Below are positions 24,746 through 33,584 of a stretch of DNA of 34,939 nucleotides, piece after piece. A program made the translations under genes and the position numbers. How positions within the stretch are numbered: position 1 is the stretch's first letter; the number at the start of each line of letters is the position of its first letter. Below the pieces are notes generated by a model, which saw only the letters and a program-made list of their open reading frames with translations, was not told the DNA's origin and searched no databases. Source of the stretch: Candidatus Hydrogenedentota bacterium (GTDB lineage: Bacteria; Hydrogenedentota; Hydrogenedentia; Hydrogenedentales; SLHB01); contig JAWXCN010000268.1 of assembly GCA_034408725.1 (NCBI GenBank), positions 1 through 34,939 of the forward strand, written 5' to 3'.

Positions 24746-25772
24746 GCAAATTACCTTCTAGTTGGGCGAGGCGCTGCTCAAGAATCTTGATGCGGCTAAG
24801 GGCGTCGGGGAGTTGCCGGAGCGCAACTTCTTTTCTGCGGAACCGCCCCACCTCGGTTGCAGGAAACCCCGAAACGGTCTGTCCTGGCTTGATATCTTTC
24901 GTCGCCCCTGACAGCGCGGCCATCCTGGCCCCAGCGCCTATCTCGACATGGCCGATGACAGAAGCCGCGCCTCCGAACACGACGTTGTCATGAATCAGTG
25001 CGCTGCCTGCGATACCCACATTTCCGCAGAGAATACAGTTTCTGCCTAGCTGTACATTGTGGCCTATCTGGACAAGGTTGTCAATCTTGGTCCCGTCTCC
25101 GACGACGGTCGCGCCCAAGGTTGCCCGGTCTATGCAGGAATTAGCGCCGACCTCGATGTCGTCGCCCAGCACCACCGTGCCGACCTGGGGAATCTTTACG
25201 TGAACGCCGCCGAGTTCAGCGTATCCGAAGCCATCGCTGCCGAGCACTACCCCGGGATGGAGTATACAGCGCGCACCGACAGATACATAATCGCGTATCG
25301 TAACCTGTGGACACAGAACAGTTTGCGCGCCAACATGGCATTGCCGGCCAATATAAACCTGCGCGTGAATGGTCGCGCCATCTCCAATCGTGCTGCCTTC
25401 CCCAATACACGCGTACGCGTCAATAACGACATCATTTCCGAGCGTGACGTCCTGTCCGATGATGGCAGTCGGATGAATGCCATTTGGCCGCCACGCCTGC
25501 TCGGCCTGAATTTTTTTCAGGAGCGTGAATAACGCCGTCCGAGGTTCGGCGACCTGGATGAGCGCGGCCACGGCCTCGTGAACGGTCAGCGGTACGAAAA
25601 CAGCGGAAGCCTTCGTCGTCGCTAGAAAAGGTTGATAGCGGGGATCGGCGAGAAACGTCAGGTCTCCCCGCCGCGCTTCTCGGATACCGCTGACCCCGGC
25701 AACCGGCGTCTGAGGGTCGCCAACGACAGTGCCCCCCACCAGCGCGGCGATCTCTCCCACGGTCATTTTCAT
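24720..25772 (-). CDS. lpxD: UDP-3-O-(3-hydroxyacyl)glucosamine N-acyltransferase
   Basis: Hexapeptide repeats, GSDGFGY, KIPQVG, IDRAT and TKIDNLVQIGHN; overlaps the lpxC start by 26 nt. Confidence 0.97.
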   Translation of the reverse strand: MKMTVGEIAALVGGTVVGDPQTPVAGVSGIREARRGDLTFLADPRYQPFLATTKASAVFVPLTVHEAVAALIQVAEPRTALFTLLKKIQAEQAWRPNGIHPTAIIGQDVTLGNDVVIDAYACIGEGSTIGDGATIHAQVYIGRQCHVGAQTVLCPQVTIRDYVSVGARCILHPGVVLGSDGFGYAELGGVHVKIPQVGTVVLGDDIEVGANSCIDRATLGATVVGDGTKIDNLVQIGHNVQLGRNCILCGNVGIAGSALIHDNVVFGGAASVIGHVEIGAGARMAALSGATKDIKPGQTVSGFPATEVGRFRRKEVALRQLPDALSRIKILEQRLAQLEGNLHGTPKDDS

Positions 25773-25883
25773 TTCCGGGACAGCTTCCTCTTCGGTGCGC
25801 AAGACAAAGCCGCTGGTACGGCCATGTGCCTAGTGTCCTGAGTTTGAGATTTGTTCAATACTAAGTTTGGAAATCAGACCTTA

Positions 25884-25967
25884 CCCCTAAATCCCCCTTC
25901 AAAGGGGGACTTTGAAGATCAGATTATGAAATCCCCTTCACAGGGGGACTTTGAAGATCGGATTATG
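25884..25967. repeat. Second family-B locus: two tandem 39-40-bp copies
   Basis: AAATCCCCCTTCAAAGGGGGACTTTGAAGATCAGATTATG (25889-25928), then AAATCCCCTTCACAGGGGGACTTTGAAGATCGGATTATG (25929-25967), preceded by CCCCT as in the 23068 TIR. Confidence 0.9.
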
Positions 25968-26003
25968 CGTGTGACTTTTGCCAAGGATTTGGGATCCATG
26001 ACA

Positions 26004-26612
26004 CTAGTTGGACTTGCGCGCCGTATCCGCCGATGCACTTGCCTTCGGCGCCGCGGCGGTGGGCCCGCCATTCAGCTTAGCGACCACTTTCGAGGTGATA
26101 TTGATGGTATTCGTGAAATAAATAACCGTCGAGCGGCCATCCGCGTCGCCCTCGAGAATAAGGTGGTAATTCTCTGCCGCGCCCACCAGTTGAATGGCCG
26201 AAATAATGTCCTCTCGCGTGCGCGTACTGAGCTTTTGGCCCTTGCTATCGAGCTCGCCCTGCATGCGCTGCATGTCTGCCCGAAGGTTTCGCAACTCGGT
26301 CTCGATTTCTTCGCGGCGGCGGTCTCGCTCGGCTTCCGGCGCTTCCTTGACCCCTTCCATCTTGACTTGCAGGGCTTTCGTTTTCGTGTCCAGCTCCGTC
26401 TGCCGCTTGTCGCGTTCCGCTTCGAGCGCGTCCGCTTCGGCCTTGAGTTTTATATAGCCCTCAAGGACCTTGTCCATGTCGACCACGCCGATCTTGTATG
26501 TCGTGGTAGCGGCCTCATTCTGTGCGAAAACCGTGTTCGCGACCGGGCCGGAAACGACGGCGGCAATTGCGACCGCCGCGGCTGCGAGGACGTATTTAAG
26601 AGAAGTGTTCAT
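26004..26612 (-). CDS. skp: OmpH/Skp periplasmic chaperone (paralogue 2)
   Basis: Signal peptide, KIGVVDMDKV, coiled coil, YHLILE and NITSKVVAKLN. Confidence 0.92.
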   Translation of the reverse strand: MNTSLKYVLAAAAVAIAAVVSGPVANTVFAQNEAATTTYKIGVVDMDKVLEGYIKLKAEADALEAERDKRQTELDTKTKALQVKMEGVKEAPEAERDRRREEIETELRNLRADMQRMQGELDSKGQKLSTRTREDIISAIQLVGAAENYHLILEGDADGRSTVIYFTNTINITSKVVAKLNGGPTAAAPKASASADTARKSN

Positions 26613-26660
26613 GGTTTCAAAGTTTCCTGCACGTTTTCGCGGGGGACTCCCCGCGATGGA

Positions 26661-27218
26661 TTATTTAGCGTTGAGATGCGTGACCACTTTCGCCGTCAAG
26701 TCCAGCGATGGATCGAAATACAGGACTGGCGAACCGGCTTTCGGATCGGCTTCAAGGACAATGGTGAAACTTTCCAACGCTCCGACATCGCGGACACCTT
26801 GATCGATATTGCCTAGAATGCGGTCGAAAAATTTGTCCGCTTTGCTGTCAATGTCCCCTTGCGCGCGGCGCCAGCGGTCCTCATAGGTCCGCCTGTCCGA
26901 ATCAAGCTTATCCGCGACCTCTTGGCGCTGTTCGGCGGTCATGGTGGTGTCTTCGCGCAGTTTATTGGCCGCCGTATTGACGCTCTCGCGCAACTTGTCG
27001 ATGTCCGTCTGGAGCTTTGTTTTTTCGTCCTCGAGCGCGCCCCATTCGGCTTTGCGGGCACTGTAATCGTCAAAGACGGTTTTCCGGTTGACAACCCCAA
27101 TGCGCACGGGGCCGGAATCGTCCTGGGCGGAGACCCCCTGAACCGAAAGCACGGCCCCGGCAATGCCGCAAACGACCGCGCTTGACCATATATACTTAAA
27201 CTTACCCAACCGATTCAC
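26661..27218 (-). CDS. skp: OmpH/Skp periplasmic chaperone (paralogue 1)
   Basis: Signal peptide, RIGVVNRKTV, coiled coil and VLYFDPSLDLTAKVV; directly downstream of bamA. Confidence 0.92.
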   Translation of the reverse strand: MNRLGKFKYIWSSAVVCGIAGAVLSVQGVSAQDDSGPVRIGVVNRKTVFDDYSARKAEWGALEDEKTKLQTDIDKLRESVNTAANKLREDTTMTAEQRQEVADKLDSDRRTYEDRWRRAQGDIDSKADKFFDRILGNIDQGVRDVGALESFTIVLEADPKAGSPVLYFDPSLDLTAKVVTHLNAK

Positions 27219-27311
27219 TCGTGGATTCCCCTGTTACCGGTTCCGTTCGCGGCGGCAGAGTCGCATTTGATGCCGATTCGCGACGCCGGAAAGCCCGTGG
27301 AATAAGCGCAC

Positions 27312-27341
27312 AGTATACCAATCGTTGTATGAATGCCGCAA
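27312..27341 (-). promoter_or_regulatory. Putative internal promoter for the skp genes
   Basis: Minus strand TTGCGG-N18-TATACT with an extended -10 (TGGTATACT). Confidence 0.55.
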
Positions 27342-27359
27342 CACAGGCGGGGGATGAGC

Positions 27360-29660
27360 TTAGAACCGGAACCCGCCCTGAAGGTGCAGTTTGCCAGAAC
27401 CCTGGTCGTCGTCGGGGTTCAGTGGGAACCCGTAATCCAGACGAATCGGACCCATCATCGGCACATCAAACCCGACACCGACACCGACGCTATACTGGAT
27501 GTCGCCAAAGCCAAAGTCGCTGAATTCCTTCCAGGCGCCGCCCGTATCGATGAAGCCATAGAGCCGGAACCATTTGCTGGCCTTGTATTTTATTTCGAGG
27601 TTGTTAATCAGTCGCAACTCGCCGCCAATCGAAACATCCTCGCCAAACAGCCCGAGGAATTCTTTTTCCTTCGGCCCGATGTCGCGGGAATCATATCCGC
27701 GCACCGTGCTCGAACCGCCCACGAAATAGCGGTCCGCCAGTGGAATAACATCTGACCCGCCGAGCGACGCGCCGATGCCTTGGCGCGATCGAACCGAGAA
27801 CACCCACTTCTTCTCTTCGTCCAACGCCCAGTACCAGGACGAATCATGGTCGAGCTTCCAGAATTCGTTGTCGCCCGCGAACGCAAATTCTACTTGCAGG
27901 TCATGACGCGACCCGGTTGAGGGATCGCGGTTCGAGTCTGTCGTCGTGCGGTTAATTCCCCAAATCGTGCTGACCGTCGTGTCGCCGCCAATGTAGTCGT
28001 AGTACGGGCTGAACCGGCCATAGGGCATGTCGCTGTAGTTGAGGTTCCGATAGCTCAGCGCGGCCCGCGCAGTCACGTAGGGCGACAACACCTTTCCGAA
28101 CCGGATGCGCGCGCCGCGTGATTCTTCGGTGTACTCCGTGCCGCCTTCGTACTTGAATGACTCGTCATAAATATCGAACCCGAAGAGCAACGGATATCCG
28201 AAAATCTCCGGATCGGAGAAGCTCAGGCTGTATTCGTTGCGGCGCTCGCCCAACGCGAGGCGCAGGCGCAATTGCTGGCCGCCACCCTGGAACGTGGGCC
28301 AGTGGCTGATGTCGAAATTGTTGAACCGCAACTCGGTGTAGCCGCCAACGCCTTCATCCGTGCTGTAGCCCGCGCCAAAGTTGAAGAACCCCGTCTTGCC
28401 CTCATCCACATCGAGCAAAAGATTCGAATACAGGTTGTCGTCGCTCACGTCTTCGGTCGAGAACCGGATTGCGTCGTAGTATTCGGAGCTTTCCAGGCGG
28501 CGGCGGCTGGCTTCGAGCAGGCTGCCGTCAAATCGTTCACCGGGATTCAGGAAAATGTCCCTGCGCACGACTTCGTCGCGCGTAACGTCATTACCCGTAA
28601 TCTTAACTTCGCCCAGGTATTTCAGGTCGCCTTCCTGGACCTGCTGCACGACATGCGTGGTCTTCGCGTCGCGATCGAGCGTGACTTGCGGCTGCACGTT
28701 TACGTCGATATAACCGCTGTCGGAATACCCTTTTTGAATCGTCGCGGCGTCACCCGTGACCTGGCTCTTGTTGTGGACGTCCCCGGGTTTCGTGTCAATG
28801 ATGTCCATGACTTCGTCGTCGTCGTACACAATATTTTCGGCGGGTTCGACGGTTGCGACGGTGTATTCGGGGCCTTCCTGAACGTTGATTTTCACGTCAA
28901 CGGATTTGCCGTTTTCCGAGTAAACCATTTCCGCGCCGGCGACTTCTGCCTCGAGCCGGCCCACGTCGCCGTATTTGTCTATGACTTTCGACAAGTCGGA
29001 TTCGAGCTTAGATTCGTCGTATTTCCCGCCCAGGAACCACCACCTGCGTTTCGTTTCAAGACCGCGCTTGAGCTGGCGATCGCTGAGGCGTTCATTGCCT
29101 TCAAATTCCAGCGTCCGAATTTTGGCTTTCTTCCCCTCGCTGATCATGTACGTAATGCGGACGCGCGAAGGCCCGACTTCCTCGACTACAATATCGACGG
29201 CCGCGTTCGGCATGCCCTTCGACTGGTACAGCTTTAACACCGCCTGCCGCTCTTCTTCGTAGCCCTGCTCGACGAAGGTGTCGCCTTCTTTCCACGAAAG
29301 GACCGCGCGAATCGCTCGCGCGCGCAGCTTGTCGTTGCCGATGATTTTGATCTCGGAAATGACGCGCTTTTCCTGAACCTGGTAGGTGATGGTAAGGCCG
29401 GCGCCGCTTTCGGTCACGTCAGCCTGAATCGTGCTGAAAAAGGTTGTGTCGTACAGGCGCCGGATATCGCGGGATATGGCAAGCTGGCTGAATACCTGGC
29501 CCGCCTGCACTTCGAGCTGACTGCGAATGAGTTGTTCGCTGACGCGCTCGAGCCCGTCAATTCGGACTTCCTGAATAGTCTTCCCTTCGTAATTCTGGGC
29601 CACCGCCGGAACGGCGCCCACGAAGAGAACAGCAATTAGATACGATATGCCCCGCCGCAT
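27360..29660 (-). CDS. bamA: Outer-membrane protein assembly factor BamA
   Basis: Signal peptide, repeated POTRA units (IxGN), GAGYS barrel start, VRGY motif, GPIRLDYGFPL and terminal Phe. Confidence 0.97.
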   Translation of the reverse strand: MRRGISYLIAVLFVGAVPAVAQNYEGKTIQEVRIDGLERVSEQLIRSQLEVQAGQVFSQLAISRDIRRLYDTTFFSTIQADVTESGAGLTITYQVQEKRVISEIKIIGNDKLRARAIRAVLSWKEGDTFVEQGYEEERQAVLKLYQSKGMPNAAVDIVVEEVGPSRVRITYMISEGKKAKIRTLEFEGNERLSDRQLKRGLETKRRWWFLGGKYDESKLESDLSKVIDKYGDVGRLEAEVAGAEMVYSENGKSVDVKINVQEGPEYTVATVEPAENIVYDDDEVMDIIDTKPGDVHNKSQVTGDAATIQKGYSDSGYIDVNVQPQVTLDRDAKTTHVVQQVQEGDLKYLGEVKITGNDVTRDEVVRRDIFLNPGERFDGSLLEASRRRLESSEYYDAIRFSTEDVSDDNLYSNLLLDVDEGKTGFFNFGAGYSTDEGVGGYTELRFNNFDISHWPTFQGGGQQLRLRLALGERRNEYSLSFSDPEIFGYPLLFGFDIYDESFKYEGGTEYTEESRGARIRFGKVLSPYVTARAALSYRNLNYSDMPYGRFSPYYDYIGGDTTVSTIWGINRTTTDSNRDPSTGSRHDLQVEFAFAGDNEFWKLDHDSSWYWALDEEKKWVFSVRSRQGIGASLGGSDVIPLADRYFVGGSSTVRGYDSRDIGPKEKEFLGLFGEDVSIGGELRLINNLEIKYKASKWFRLYGFIDTGGAWKEFSDFGFGDIQYSVGVGVGFDVPMMGPIRLDYGFPLNPDDDQGSGKLHLQGGFRF

Positions 29661-29708
29661 CGTCTTCCTTGCACAGCACCACCCCCACCCGGAAGCAATG
29701 CAATGTGT

Positions 29709-32165
29709 TTAATTGGTGATACCTTCCGCTATGGGTACAGCCGGCTCGAACACGAGACTGTCTTCCTGCTCCGAGGGGCGCACTTCGATGCGCATTCCCG
29801 GTGCAAAGGCCCCCTTCAATAGCGCTTCGGAAAGCGGGTCTTCTACGTATTGCTGTACGGCGCGGCGCAATGGACGCGCTCCGTACTGATCATCGCTGCC
29901 GACCCGCACGACGAAGTCCTTCGCTTCGTCGCTTAGGGATAGGTCGTAACCCTTCTCCCCGACTCGTTCTATCACTTCTGCGACGTGGATGTCAACAATC
30001 CTTAGCAGATCGTCCTGCGTCAAGCGGTGGAAAACGACCAGTTCATCGACCCGATTCAGGAACTCAGGGTTGAATATTTTCTTGACTTCTTCCATTACCC
30101 GCGACTGCATTTCCTTGTACTCGTCCGCCGCCAGTCCACGGTGGAAACCGACCTGGGTCGAGCGCCCAATGCGGCGCGCGCCGGCGTTGCTGGTCATGAC
30201 AATAACCGTGTTCCGGAAATCCACCTTGCGGCCCGTCGAATCGGTCATATGGCCGTCCTCGAGCACTTGCAGCAGGATATTAAAGACGTCCGGGTGGGCC
30301 TTCTCGATCTCGTCGAACAGCACAACGGAATATGGCCGGCGGCGGACCTGCTCGGTGAGTTGTCCGCCTTCGTTGTACCCCACGTAGCCAGGGGGCGCTC
30401 CCGCCAACCTCGAGACCGCAAATTTCTCCATGTACTCGCTCATATCGATAGTAATCAGTGCGTCTTCATTCCCGAACAGGAATGATGCCAAGGTCTTTGC
30501 AAGCAAAGTCTTGCCCACGCCCGTCGGGCCGAGGAACAGAAACGATCCGACCGGACGCCGCGTGTTGCGCAGACCTGCGCGGGACCGCTGAATCGCGCGG
30601 GTAACCGCGTCAATCGCCATATCCTGTCCGATAACGGCCTTGTGCAATTCGTCGCGCATTTTCAACAACCGGAACGATTCGCTCTCCTCCAGCTTCGTAA
30701 GCGGGATGCCGGTCCACTTGGACACGATGTATGCAATATCTTCTTCGGTAACGATCATCTCCGCGGAATCACGCTTCTTTTCCCACTCCCGAACGCGCTC
30801 TTCGCGGTCCGAGATCAGGTTGCGCTCTTTGTCGCGCAGGCTCGCCGCGCGCTCGTATTCCTGGCGGCGGATGGCGGCTTCTTTCTCGTGCGTGACCTTG
30901 TCGATCTCGAGTTCGAGTTCCTTGATCGAACTCGGACGCGTCGTGATCTGCAACCGCGCGCGGCTGCCCGCTTCGTCGATAACGTCGACCGCCTTGTCCG
31001 GCAGGAAACGATCCGTAATGTATTGGTTCGACATTTTCGCTGCCGCGACGATGGCCTCGTCGGAAAACTTCACGCGATGGTGCGCTTCGTACTTGTCGCG
31101 AAGCCCCTTCATGATCTCGATGGTCTGATCGACCGATGGCGCTTCGACAATGATCGTCTGGAAACGGCGCGCCAATGCCGCGTCTTTCTCGATGTGTTTG
31201 CGGTACTCGTCCATCGTCGTAGCGCCGATGCACTGGAGTTCGCCGCGGGCCAACGACGGTTTCAGCATGTTCGCGGCGTCCACCGCGCCTTCTGCCGCGC
31301 CCGCGCCGACTATCGTGTGCAGTTCGTCAATAAACAAGATGATGTTGTCCGCGCGGCGGATTTCTTTCATCACCGACTTCAACCGTTCTTCAAACTGCCC
31401 GCGGTATTTCGTGCCCGCAACCACGCCGGCAAGATCCAATGTTAGTACTCGGCGGTTGCGCAACAGGTCTGGCACGTCCCCCGCAATGATCGCCTGTGCG
31501 AGCCCTTCGACTATCGCCGTCTTGCCCACGCCTGCTTCGCCAATCAGCACGGGATTGTTCTTCGTCCTGCGGCTCAATATCTGAATCACCCGCTCGATCT
31601 CGCTTTCGCGACCGATCACCGGATCCAGCTTATCTTCCATCGCAAGCGCGGTAAGGTCGCGGCCAAACGTATCCAGCGCGGGCGTCTGGCTTTTCTTGCT
31701 CGTGCTCGCTTGCGGGCTCGGCTTGCTCGAATCGCCCAGCAGGCGAATAACCTCGGCCTGAATTTTCTCCAGATCGATTTTCATGTCCTGAAGAACTTTT
31801 GCGGCGATGCCTTCGCCTTCTTTCACCAATCCCAGCAAAATATGCTCGGTGCCAATGTAGTTGTGATTGAACCGGCGCGCCTCTTCGACCGCCAATTCGA
31901 GCACCTTCTTCGCGCGCGGCGTGAACGCGATCTCGTCGTTCGACACCACCGCGTTCCCGCGCTGAATCTGATGCTCGATCTCAATTGCCAATTCATCGAG
32001 ATTCACACCAAGATTCTCCAACGCCCGCGCCGCGATTCCATCCGGCTCGCGGCACAATCCAAGCAAAATATGCTCGGTGCGCACATATTCACTACCCAAG
32101 CGGGTCGCTTCCTCACGCGCTGCGCTCACGACATGCTTGGCTCGCTCAGTAAATCGTTCCCACAT
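29709..32165 (-). CDS. clpC: ATP-dependent Clp protease ATP-binding subunit ClpC
   Basis: Two Clp-N repeats (TEHILLGL), two Walker A motifs ([16 protein letters not shown]), UVR middle domain ([13 protein letters not shown]) and a VGF ClpP-docking loop. Confidence 0.96.
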   Translation of the reverse strand: MWERFTERAKHVVSAAREEATRLGSEYVRTEHILLGLCREPDGIAARALENLGVNLDELAIEIEHQIQRGNAVVSNDEIAFTPRAKKVLELAVEEARRFNHNYIGTEHILLGLVKEGEGIAAKVLQDMKIDLEKIQAEVIRLLGDSSKPSPQASTSKKSQTPALDTFGRDLTALAMEDKLDPVIGRESEIERVIQILSRRTKNNPVLIGEAGVGKTAIVEGLAQAIIAGDVPDLLRNRRVLTLDLAGVVAGTKYRGQFEERLKSVMKEIRRADNIILFIDELHTIVGAGAAEGAVDAANMLKPSLARGELQCIGATTMDEYRKHIEKDAALARRFQTIIVEAPSVDQTIEIMKGLRDKYEAHHRVKFSDEAIVAAAKMSNQYITDRFLPDKAVDVIDEAGSRARLQITTRPSSIKELELEIDKVTHEKEAAIRRQEYERAASLRDKERNLISDREERVREWEKKRDSAEMIVTEEDIAYIVSKWTGIPLTKLEESESFRLLKMRDELHKAVIGQDMAIDAVTRAIQRSRAGLRNTRRPVGSFLFLGPTGVGKTLLAKTLASFLFGNEDALITIDMSEYMEKFAVSRLAGAPPGYVGYNEGGQLTEQVRRRPYSVVLFDEIEKAHPDVFNILLQVLEDGHMTDSTGRKVDFRNTVIVMTSNAGARRIGRSTQVGFHRGLAADEYKEMQSRVMEEVKKIFNPEFLNRVDELVVFHRLTQDDLLRIVDIHVAEVIERVGEKGYDLSLSDEAKDFVVRVGSDDQYGARPLRRAVQQYVEDPLSEALLKGAFAPGMRIEVRPSEQEDSLVFEPAVPIAEGITN

Positions 32166-32304
32166 AATGTGTTAGCCTCGATTCATGTGTTGGCGGACAT
32201 CGAAATACTCACCCGACATAGTCCGCCTTGCCGTCCGGGTACTATACACTAACATCCACCCGCCGGAAAAACTGCCGCAGGGGATTGGACGAGGAATTTC
32301 ACCA

Positions 32305-32352
32305 TGTGTTCAGCTTTGGGCGATTGACTGTGTTCAGCTTTGGTCGATTGAC
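32305..32352. repeat. 24-bp tandem duplication upstream of clpC
   Basis: TGTGTTCAGCTTTGGGCGATTGAC followed by TGTGTTCAGCTTTGGTCGATTGAC (one mismatch). Confidence 0.9.
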
Positions 32353-32370
32353 GATGGGAGTGTGCGTATC

Positions 32371-32676
32371 GTGGCGACTTGGCTCGTGTGGTTAAATATC
32401 TTTGTTGTCGCCACGCTGCTGCTTGTTTTCGTTGTAGTGATGACCGCTTACGACCGTGTGCGCAACCGGTTCATTCGCGTGTTCCGCCCGGAAACCGCAG
32501 CAAGTGAAGCCGGCGAACAACGCCGCATGAACCTAGACCTCGCCGCCTCCCTCCTTATCGATGAAGTCCTCGCCAAACACGACACCGCCACCTACGACCA
32601 ACTTTCCACCTTCTTCGCAAACCTCCGCCTCGACGTAACACTCCCCGAAACCCTCGACCACGCCAAACCCCCTTGA
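32371..32676 (+). CDS. Small hypothetical membrane protein (about 101 aa)
   Basis: GGGAG 10 nt before GTG 32371; one strongly hydrophobic helix followed by basic residues. Start uncertain. Confidence 0.55.
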   Translation: MATWLVWLNIFVVATLLLVFVVVMTAYDRVRNRFIRVFRPETAASEAGEQRRMNLDLAASLLIDEVLAKHDTATYDQLSTFFANLRLDVTLPETLDHAKPP

Positions 32677-32706
32677 ACCGCGCTTCGAGCTCTGGGGGAA
32701 TCGTGC

Positions 32707-32856
32707 ATGCCTAACGACGGCATGCCTCAGTCGAGCGTGATCATTTTCCAAACCGAGGACGGTCGCACCCGCATCCAATGCCGTAGAAGGGAAACTCTCC
32801 AAAGCGTCAACTATTAAGCATTACTTAATAGTTCAAATTGAGGGCGCACGACGAGA
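32707..32856 (+). pseudogene. rhuM: Internally deleted, frameshifted remnant of a RhuM-family gene
   Basis: ATG 32707 reads MPNDGMPQSSVIIFQTEDGRTRIQCR, the RhuM-type N-terminus, and stops at 32815-32817. A second frame from 32786 reads EGKLSKASTIKHYLIVQIEGARR, matching RhuM EGEL...T.....IVQ.EG.R. The WLTQ..MAELF segment normally between them is absent. Confidence 0.8.
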
Positions 32857-32938
32857 GCATGTTGATGTTGCCCTCGCCGTCTTGGAAGCGCTAAATAAGT
32901 CGCAGGTGCATTAGACTTTTTCGGGTAAACTCTGTCGC

Positions 32939-33583
32939 ATGAACTCCAACCTGAATCTCGAAAGGGCGCTCATCTTTCGCATCGTGCATGTGACCAATAT
33001 CCCTTGGATTCTGGACAAAGCCGGATTATATTGCCGAAATTCCGAGGAGCAGGATCCCGCCTATGTGAACATTGGGAATACCGACCTGATTGAGAGGCGA
33101 TTTCACCGAAAGGTTCCAATCCCTCCCGGCGGAACCTTGGCAGACTACGTACCATTTTATTTTACGCCGTTTTCAATAATGATGTATAACATCCACACGG
33201 GGTATGGCGGAATAACTAAGCGAGAGTACAAAGACATCGTGATCTTCGTTTCGTCAGTTCATAGGTTGAACGACCTTGGATTACAGTTCGTTTTCACCAA
33301 TCAGCACGCATACCCCGTGGACACTAATTTCTACTCGGACGTTGCTGACTTGGATCGTGTCGATTGGGACATCTTGCAACGACGAGATTTCAAAACGAAC
33401 GATGCCGACCCCGGGAAGCAGCAGCGTTATCAAGCGGAAGCATTGGTCCATCGGCATGTGCCGCTGGATGCACTTCTAGGTGTCGGGTGTTACAATCAAA
33501 TCGTAGGACGTGACCTAATGGCACAACTGGACAAGTGCGGCGCAAAACTACGCGTCGAAATCACACCGGGCTGGTATTTCTGA
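32939..33583 (+). CDS. darT: DarT DNA ADP-ribosyltransferase toxin (DUF4433)
   Basis: [45 protein letters not shown] and catalytic QAEALV; 1 nt before a macrodomain gene. Confidence 0.95.
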   Translation: MNSNLNLERALIFRIVHVTNIPWILDKAGLYCRNSEEQDPAYVNIGNTDLIERRFHRKVPIPPGGTLADYVPFYFTPFSIMMYNIHTGYGGITKREYKDIVIFVSSVHRLNDLGLQFVFTNQHAYPVDTNFYSDVADLDRVDWDILQRRDFKTNDADPGKQQRYQAEALVHRHVPLDALLGVGCYNQIVGRDLMAQLDKCGAKLRVEITPGWYF

Positions 33584-33584
33584 C

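Noticed and set aside
32166..32370. CtsR box or CIRCE element upstream of clpC
   Set aside because: GTCAA half-sites occur in the 24-bp repeat but not with GTCAAA-N3-RGTCAAA spacing, and TTAGCACTC-N9-GAGTGCTAA is absent.
32185..32370. 5' extension of the small membrane ORF to GTG 32185
   Set aside because: It would run through the clpC upstream region and the 24-bp duplication; the SD-like GGGAG favours a start at 32371.
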